From Cylindrospermopsis raciborskii Cr2010 (GTDB taxonomy: Bacteria; Cyanobacteriota; Cyanobacteriia; Cyanobacteriales; Nostocaceae): a DNA stretch of 32,000 bases. Made by a program: the position numbers and the translations under genes. Under the pieces are notes generated by a model that saw only the letters and a list, made by a program, of their open reading frames with translations, made no database searches and was not told where the DNA came from. The stretch covers positions 1,080,001 through 1,112,000 of the forward strand of contig NZ_CP065936.1 in assembly GCF_003367075.2 (NCBI RefSeq), in the 5' to 3' direction. This document shows positions 26,651 through 32,000 of the stretch, one piece after another. How positions within the stretch are numbered: the stretch's first letter is position 1; the number at the start of each line of letters is the position of its first letter.

Positions 26651-27259
26651 ATGGCTTACAGTGAGTTCACCACCCTAGATAAGGTAATAAAAACCTTTAG
26701 CTTGCAGGTAGAAGAAGACCAAAATTTGTTTTGTGAGGTCAAACCTCTCCAACCTTCAGATTATCTTCAGCAGACCCTACAGGAGTATTTGCCCTTAGCA
26801 ACTGCCATTAATACAGAAAAAGCCCGTTCCGAATTTCTCATCGCCCCAGTGTTAGCAGAGCTACGCCGTCAAACTAAACACCAAATCAGTCTGTTTTCCG
26901 GTACTGAGTTTAATGTAGATCCGGAAAGGGGTTTGGTGGGATTTTGCGATTATTTAATTAGCCATTCTAAGGAACAGTATTTTATCACAGTGCCAGTCAT
27001 CGCTGTGGTAGAAGCAAAAAATGAAAATATTAAAGGGGGATTGGGACAGTGTATTGCCGAAATGGTCGCAGCCCAGTTGTTTAATTCCCAAGGAGGGACT
27101 CCCTTGACTTATATTTATGGGGTCGTTTCTACGGGGACGGTTTGGAAGTTCTTGCGTCTGGAAAACGCGACTGTTTTTATTGATTCCCTAGAGTACTATA
27201 TTAACCAAATTGATAGAATATTAGGCATTATGATGTTACCGCTGTGTAAAGCTTACTAA
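26651..27259 (+). CDS. Hypothetical protein with a PD-(D/E)xK / HsdR-N-terminal-like restriction-endonuclease fold
   Basis: The 202-aa protein has a motif arrangement ...GFCDYLIS...(16 aa)...VIAVVEAKNENIKGG that resembles the D...(D/E)xK core of HSDR_N-type domains. No partner methylase, helicase or specificity gene is nearby. Confidence 0.5.
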   Translation: MAYSEFTTLDKVIKTFSLQVEEDQNLFCEVKPLQPSDYLQQTLQEYLPLATAINTEKARSEFLIAPVLAELRRQTKHQISLFSGTEFNVDPERGLVGFCDYLISHSKEQYFITVPVIAVVEAKNENIKGGLGQCIAEMVAAQLFNSQGGTPLTYIYGVVSTGTVWKFLRLENATVFIDSLEYYINQIDRILGIMMLPLCKAY

Positions 27260-27394
27260 AATACCCAATTAAGACCTTTTGTACGAATAACCGAGCAGAT
27301 GGGCCTTCTATCAAAATTTTGCCAGATTATTATTCATGGTACCAAATCCCCTACAATAAATATCACTGATACAGAAATTCAGGAGAGTTAAGCC

Positions 27395-27706
27395 ATGCCA
27401 ATGGCAGTTGGCGTTATCGAAACTTTAGGTTTTCCCGCAGTTTTAGCCGCAGCAGATGCTATGGTTAAGTCTGCTGCTGTCACAATCGTATACTATGGCA
27501 TTGCAGAAAGTGGAAGGTTGTTGGTTGCTGTTAGAGGACAGGTAGCAGAGGTGAAAACCGCTGTTGCAGCTGGAATAGCTTCCGAAGAAACCGTTTATGG
27601 TGGTCAGGTGATTACTCATTACATAGTCCCCAACCCACCGGAAAATGTGGAGACAATTCTACCCATCCATTTCACTTCTAAGTCCGAACCTTTTCGCATT
27701 TTTTAA
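27395..27706 (+). CDS. ccmK3: Carboxysome shell protein CcmK3-type (BMC-H)
   Basis: [34 protein letters not shown]...HYIVPNPPENV is the BMC domain with the CcmK3-typical YY and VPNPPENV features. It is paired with a CcmK4-type gene downstream, as in other cyanobacteria. Confidence 0.85.
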   Translation: MPMAVGVIETLGFPAVLAAADAMVKSAAVTIVYYGIAESGRLLVAVRGQVAEVKTAVAAGIASEETVYGGQVITHYIVPNPPENVETILPIHFTSKSEPFRIF

Positions 27707-27743
27707 CTTGTACCGGTAATTTTATTTATACAGGAGATTAGTA

Positions 27744-28094
27744 ATGTCCCTACAGGCCGTTGGATCTTTAGAAACAAAGGGTTTTCCCGCAGTTTTAGCA
27801 GCAGCAGATGCTATGGTTAAAGCTGGAAGGGTAACTTTGGTCGGTTATATCCGAGTTGGTAGCGCCCGCTTTACAATCAATATTCGTGGTGATGTTTCTG
27901 AGGTGAAAACTGCCATGGCCGCTGGTGTGGAAGCAGCACAAAATGTCTATGGTGGTACTCTGGAATCCTGGGTAATTATCCCCCGTCCCCATGAAAACGT
28001 GGAAGCTGTCTTACCTATTGCTTACACAGATCAAGTCCAGCAATATCGAGACTCGGTGGAAAACCCCATTGTCCGCTCCTCCAGTGGTAGATAG
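27744..28094 (+). CDS. ccmK4: Carboxysome shell protein CcmK4-type (BMC-H)
   Basis: [57 protein letters not shown]...[11 protein letters not shown] closely follows the CcmK4 pattern. Confidence 0.85.
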   Translation: MSLQAVGSLETKGFPAVLAAADAMVKAGRVTLVGYIRVGSARFTINIRGDVSEVKTAMAAGVEAAQNVYGGTLESWVIIPRPHENVEAVLPIAYTDQVQQYRDSVENPIVRSSSGR

Positions 28095-28190
28095 TTTTTG
28101 GTAACTATCTCAACCTATCTTTTTGGAATACAAACGGCTTTTGTTAATGCCGACTTAAATGGTGCAGCAAATATTTTAGGCGATTTTACT

Positions 28191-29324
28191 ATGGAACTAA
28201 GTGCAGCAAATATAGCAGAATATTGGCGGAAACGACTCGCTGCTGAGTCTCCTGAAAACAGTGATGACGCTAGAAATAGTATTATGCTTTGGCTTTTGGG
28301 GTCGGACTTAACCAGATTTGCAGGGTTCACACCCAAAGAATTGGAGATTGCTCAAAAGGCTATGGAATATCGCTGGCGAGTTCTACGACAGCGATATTTA
28401 GGTGTGGGAAGGGAACAGGCCTATCGTAATTTGATGGTTCGCTTGGCAAGTGTTACCACAATTAGAAATAAAATTCAAACCTGGGTCTCTTTAAGTCGCG
28501 ATCGCCAGCGTAGTGTGATAGATGTACTGCAAGAGGTAATTCAGGAAATGCTGCAAAGTGATTCTTATATGCAGCAGCAAATGAGTCTAATTGCCGACGC
28601 AACTGGGGATAAAAGGTTACGAGACATGTTATTATTTGCCAGCTTAGAAGAATACTGTTTACGACCTGTGCGTAATCAACCTTTATTGACACATCGGTTT
28701 GTCAATTATTTACGCCGCATTCAGCGAGGGGGATTGACTCAAATTCCAGGTAAGGACGTGATTAGACTGGTTTCTGACGAAATATTAACAGAAGATACGG
28801 AAAGCAACTTAAATCTTTTAGATGACGAAGCGATCGCCCAGTATCAGGAGGCGCAAAAGGTAGAGGAGCAACAATTGTTACGTCAGGAAGTGCAAGAGAA
28901 ATTTGAGGAATACCTATTAGAGAAGCTGGGAGAAACAGCGGTGGAGTGGTTGAGGTTATATTTAGAGGGTAAGAGTCAAGAGGAGATTGCTAAAAAGCTG
29001 AATCAGCCAATTAAGGAGTTATACAGATTAAGGGAGAAAATTAGTTACCATGCTGTTAAAGTTTTTGCCATCAAGGATAAACCGGAGTTGGTAGAGAATT
29101 GGTTATCAACGTCTTTAAAGGAAGATGGTTTAGGTTTAACGCCAAAACAATGGGAGCAGCTGAGGGAGAAGATAAGTCCCCTAGGTAGGGAGATTCTTGA
29201 TAGAAGGAAAGGGGGGGATTCTCTAGCGGGAATAGGGGAGAAATTAGAGTTGAAGACCCATAAAGTGATAGGTGAGTGGACAAAAGTTTATTTAGTAGCT
29301 CAGAATTTAAGGGCCCAAAATTAA
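28191..29324 (+). CDS. HetZ-like protein with a C-terminal sigma-70 region-4/LuxR-like HTH
   Basis: The core YRWRVLRQRYLGVGREQAYRNLMVRLASV..IRNKIQTWVSLSRDRQRSVIDVLQEVIQEMLQSD matches my recollection of the cyanobacterial HetZ / HetZ-related family. The C-terminus EWLRLYLEGKSQEEIAKKLNQPIKELYRLREKISYHAVKVF is an HTH. I prefer ATG 28191 to the track's TTG 28098. Confidence 0.5.
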   Translation: MELSAANIAEYWRKRLAAESPENSDDARNSIMLWLLGSDLTRFAGFTPKELEIAQKAMEYRWRVLRQRYLGVGREQAYRNLMVRLASVTTIRNKIQTWVSLSRDRQRSVIDVLQEVIQEMLQSDSYMQQQMSLIADATGDKRLRDMLLFASLEEYCLRPVRNQPLLTHRFVNYLRRIQRGGLTQIPGKDVIRLVSDEILTEDTESNLNLLDDEAIAQYQEAQKVEEQQLLRQEVQEKFEEYLLEKLGETAVEWLRLYLEGKSQEEIAKKLNQPIKELYRLREKISYHAVKVFAIKDKPELVENWLSTSLKEDGLGLTPKQWEQLREKISPLGREILDRRKGGDSLAGIGEKLELKTHKVIGEWTKVYLVAQNLRAQN

Positions 29325-29334
29325 TTTGATGACC

Positions 29335-29540
29335 TAGGTTGGGTTGAGAAAACCCAAAAAATCAACGGGGATCTCAATAACAAATCTGACCCAAAAACTA
29401 TTTGAATCCATATCTACTCATATCCAACTTGATGAGGTAGGTTGGGTTGAGGAGCGAAACCCAACAAACCAACAGGTAGCTCAATAACAAATCTAACCCA
29501 CGAACCATTTGAATCCATATCTACTCATGCCCAATATGAC
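29335..29540 (+). repeat. Tandem duplication (about 107-bp period) of REP plus spacer plus the last codons of the RAYT gene
   Basis: Copy 1 starts at 29335 (TAGGTTGGGTTGAG-AAAACCCAA...TCTCAATAACAAATCTGACCCA...TTTGAATCCATATCTACTCATATCC). Copy 2 starts at 29437 (GTAGGTTGGGTTGAGGAGCGAAACCCAAC...GCTCAATAACAAATCTAACCCA...TTTGAATCCATATCTACTCATGCCC). Copy 2 contains the real RAYT stop at 29521. Confidence 0.8.
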
Positions 29541-30063
29541 CACCAAAAACATGCCTTTCTTCCGCTCCCCACATAACATCATAAAATCCCGCTTGAACAT
29601 AACGATGAAAACTTGAATACTGCCAATCTTTTGGTGCATTTACCAATCCATGACGAACCGGATTATAGTGAATATACTCGACATGATTAATAAAATCTCG
29701 ATCATCCCGAATTTGATGCTCCCAAAAGCGACGTTGCCAAATTGGCTTTTCACCTTTTTGCTCCTGAGATAAAGTCATTGTTCCCTGACAAGAAACCTGA
29801 CATTTACGACTAAAATAACTTTTAATTAATCGCCAACGAGTCGAAAAATCCCCATCATTTTCAGGTAATGTCCAAAGACAATGAAGATGCTCAGGCAAAA
29901 TAACGATCGCATCAATTTTAAATTGGTAGTTTTTCATCACATATCGAAACGCTTCCCTTAGTAAATCTATATTTTCCGATTTACCTAAAATGGGACGACG
30001 ACAATAAGTAACAAGAGTGAAAAAATAGGTCGCCCCTGGTGTCTTTGCTCGACGATATTCCAT
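29521..30063 (-). CDS. REP-associated tyrosine transposase (RAYT; IS200/IS605 TnpA-like HUH Y1 enzyme)
   Basis: MEYRRAKTPGATYFFT..., the HUH motif LPEHLHCLW and the catalytic-Tyr region HVEYIHYNPVRHGLV..DWQYSSF are present. REP hairpins lie on both sides. I prefer ATG 30063 because the track's extension to 30105 reads through repeat sequence. Confidence 0.85.
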   Translation of the reverse strand: MEYRRAKTPGATYFFTLVTYCRRPILGKSENIDLLREAFRYVMKNYQFKIDAIVILPEHLHCLWTLPENDGDFSTRWRLIKSYFSRKCQVSCQGTMTLSQEQKGEKPIWQRRFWEHQIRDDRDFINHVEYIHYNPVRHGLVNAPKDWQYSSFHRYVQAGFYDVMWGAEERHVFGGHIGHE

Positions 30064-30085
30064 ATTATAATTAATGAAACAGAAA

Positions 30086-32000
30086 AGGATAACCCAACAA
30101 ACCAACAGAGAGAAAAACAGATACCCTTAAAACATTATATAATCCCGTAGGTTGGGTTGAGGAACGAAACCCAACAAACCCCACTGTTAATTATAGTCCA
30201 TGTGAACTCCTTGTATTATAGGGTGAGCGGTTTGATTTTACTTCCAGCGATCGCCTGTTTTTAAAAATATTTACCGTAGGTTGGGTTGAGGAACGAAACC
30301 CAACAAACCCCACTGTTAATTATAGTCCATGTGAACTCCTTGTATTATAGGGTGGGCGGTTTGATTTTACTTCCAGCGATCGCCTGTTTTTAAAAACATT
30401 TACCGTAGGTTGGATTGAGAAAACCCAACAAACCCCACTGTTAATTATAGTCCATGTGAACTCCTTGTATTATAGGGTGGGCGGTTTGATTTTACTTCCA
30501 GCGATCGCCTGTTTTTAAAAACATTTACCGTAGGTTGGATTGAGAAAACCCAACAAACCCCACTGTTAATTATAGTTTATGTGAACTCCTTGTCTTATAG
30601 GGTGAGCGGTTTGATTTTACTTCCAGCGATCGCCTGTTTTTAAAAACATTTACCGTAGGTTGGATTAAGAAAACCCAACAAACCAACAGAGAGAAAAACA
30701 GATACCCTTAAAACATCATATAATCCCGTAGGTTGGGTTGAGGAACGAAACCCAACAAACCCCACTGTTAATCATAGTCTATGTGAACTCCTTGTATTAT
30801 AGGGTGGGCGGTTTGATTTTACTTCCAGCGATCGCCTGTTTTTAAAAACATTTACCGTAGGTTGGATTGAGAAAACCCAACAAACCCCACTGTTAATTAT
30901 AGTCCATGTGAACTCCTTGTATTATAGGGTGGGCGGTTTGATTTTACTTCCAGCGATCGCCTGTTTTTAAAAACATTTACCGTAGGTTGGGTTGAGGAAC
31001 GAAACCCAACAAACCAACAGATACCCTTAAAACATTATATAATCCCGTAGGTTAGATTGAGAAAACCCAACAAACCTCACCGTTAATTATAGTCTATGTG
31101 AACTCCTTGTCTTATAGGGTGGGCGGTTTGATTTTACTTCCAGCGATCGCCTGTTTTTAAAAACATTTACCGTAGGTTGGATTGAGAAAACCCAACAAAC
31201 CCCACTGTTAATTATAGTTTATGTGAACTCCTTGTCTTATAGGGTGAGCGGTTTGATTTTACTTCCAGCGATCGCCTGTTTTTAAAAACATTTACCGTAG
31301 GTTGGATTAAGAAAACCCAACAAACCAACAGAGAGAAAAACAGATACCCTTAAAACATCATATAATCCCGTAGGTTGGGTTGAGGAACGAAACCCAACAA
31401 ACCCCACTGTTAATCATAGTCTATGTGAACTCCTTGTCTTATAGGGTGATCGGTTTGATTTTACTTCCAGCGATCGCCTGTTTTTAAAAACATTTACCGT
31501 AGGTTGGATTGAGAAAACCCAACAAACCCCACTGTTAATTATAGTTTATGTGAACTCCTTGTCTTATAGGGTGATCGGTTTGATTTTACTTCCAGCGATC
31601 GCCTGTTTTTAAAAACATTTACCGTAGGTTGGATTGAGAAAACCCAACAAACCCCACTGTTAATTATAGTTTATGTGAACTCCTTGTATTATAGGGTGGG
31701 CGGTTTGATTTTACTTCCAGCGATCGCCTGTTTTTAAAAACATTTACCGTAGGTTGGGTTGAGAAAACCTAACAAACCCCACTGTTAATTATAGTCCATG
31801 TGAACTCCTTGTCTTATAGGGTGGGCGGTTTGATTTTACTTCCAGCGATCGCCTGTTTTTAAAAACATTTACCGTAGGTTGGGTTGAGGAACGAAACCCA
31901 ACAAACCAACAGATACCCTTAAAACATTATATAATCCCATAGGTTAGATTGAGAAAACCCAACAAACCTCACCGTTAATTATAGTCTATGTGAACTCCTT
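30086..32000 (+). repeat. Long tandem non-coding array (continues beyond the window): 13 A units of 125-129 bp, the last truncated by the window end, plus 5 B/B' units of 65-73 bp (including the RAYT-proximal partial copy), all in one orientation
   Basis: A-unit starts are 30147, 30276, 30405, 30530, 30728, 30857, 31047, 31172, 31370, 31499, 31624, 31749 and 31939. B/B' starts are 30655, 30982, 31297 and 31874, plus the RAYT-proximal copy at 30091-30146. The A unit is a REP hairpin followed by CCACTGTTAATTATAGTCCATGTGAACTCCTTGTATTATAGGGTGGGCGGTTTGATTTTACTTCCAGCGATCGCCTGTTTTTAAAAACATTTACC. No ORF of 60 aa or more occurs in any frame. Confidence 0.95.

Noticed and set aside
27395-28094. The ccmK3-ccmK4 pair as something unusual
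   Set aside because: A satellite ccmK3/ccmK4 locus away from the main ccm operon is the established arrangement in beta-cyanobacteria. The sequences look canonical.
30064-30105. A longer RAYT start (MVCWVILFCFINYN...)
   Set aside because: The extension reads through repeat-derived sequence (GGTTTGTTGGGTTATCC). Family members begin near M-x-YRR, so ATG 30063 is preferred.
30086-32000. A CRISPR array interpretation of the regular 125-129-bp periodicity with a conserved 29-nt hairpin
   Set aside because: The inter-hairpin segments are themselves near-identical in every unit, so there are no unique spacers. The unit length is far above repeat-plus-spacer norms. No cas genes are present, and the hairpin is the dispersed REP associated with the adjacent RAYT.

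Overview
The window looks like a chromosomal segment of a filamentous, Nostocales-like cyanobacterium. Evidence is the many HIP1 GCGATCGC palindromes, ndhD, the ccmK3/ccmK4 carboxysome shell genes and a HetZ-like gene. Positions 1-12.6 kb are ordinary housekeeping genes: thrS 3' end, ndhD, thrB, mgtE, pyrB, pheT, a YciI-like gene and a fused nucleotidyltransferase/phosphomannomutase-like gene, plus one RND-efflux gene remnant. From about 12.6 kb onward the content is accessory and repeat-rich. It holds an AbiEi/AbiEii toxin-antitoxin pair and an IS630-type HTH-only gene. It also holds an operon of a cNMP-domain C39-peptidase ABC exporter, a HlyD adaptor and a parvulin-like protein, bracketed by two copies of a REP-containing MITE-like element. 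Convergent with that operon is a gene of about 1530 codons encoding a beta-propeller/Calx-beta/DUF4114-type surface protein. That gene contains three near-identical 360-bp internal repeats and has a frameshifted ~1-kb IS5/Harbinger-type IS inserted directly in front of its start. After the IS come a PD-(D/E)xK-like orphan gene, ccmK3-ccmK4, a HetZ-like HTH gene and a REP-associated tyrosine transposase (RAYT). The most unusual feature lies directly upstream of the RAYT and runs off the window end. It is a non-coding tandem array of at least 1.9 kb, built from 13 units of 125-129 bp (the last cut by the window end), each carrying a REP hairpin and a HIP1 site, and most carrying TATAAT hexamers on the minus strand. 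Copies of the RAYT's own 5' flank (65-73 bp) are interspersed, and the whole is organised as a higher-order repeat. This is not CRISPR and is not typical dispersed REP/REPIN behaviour. I cannot assign it a function from sequence alone.
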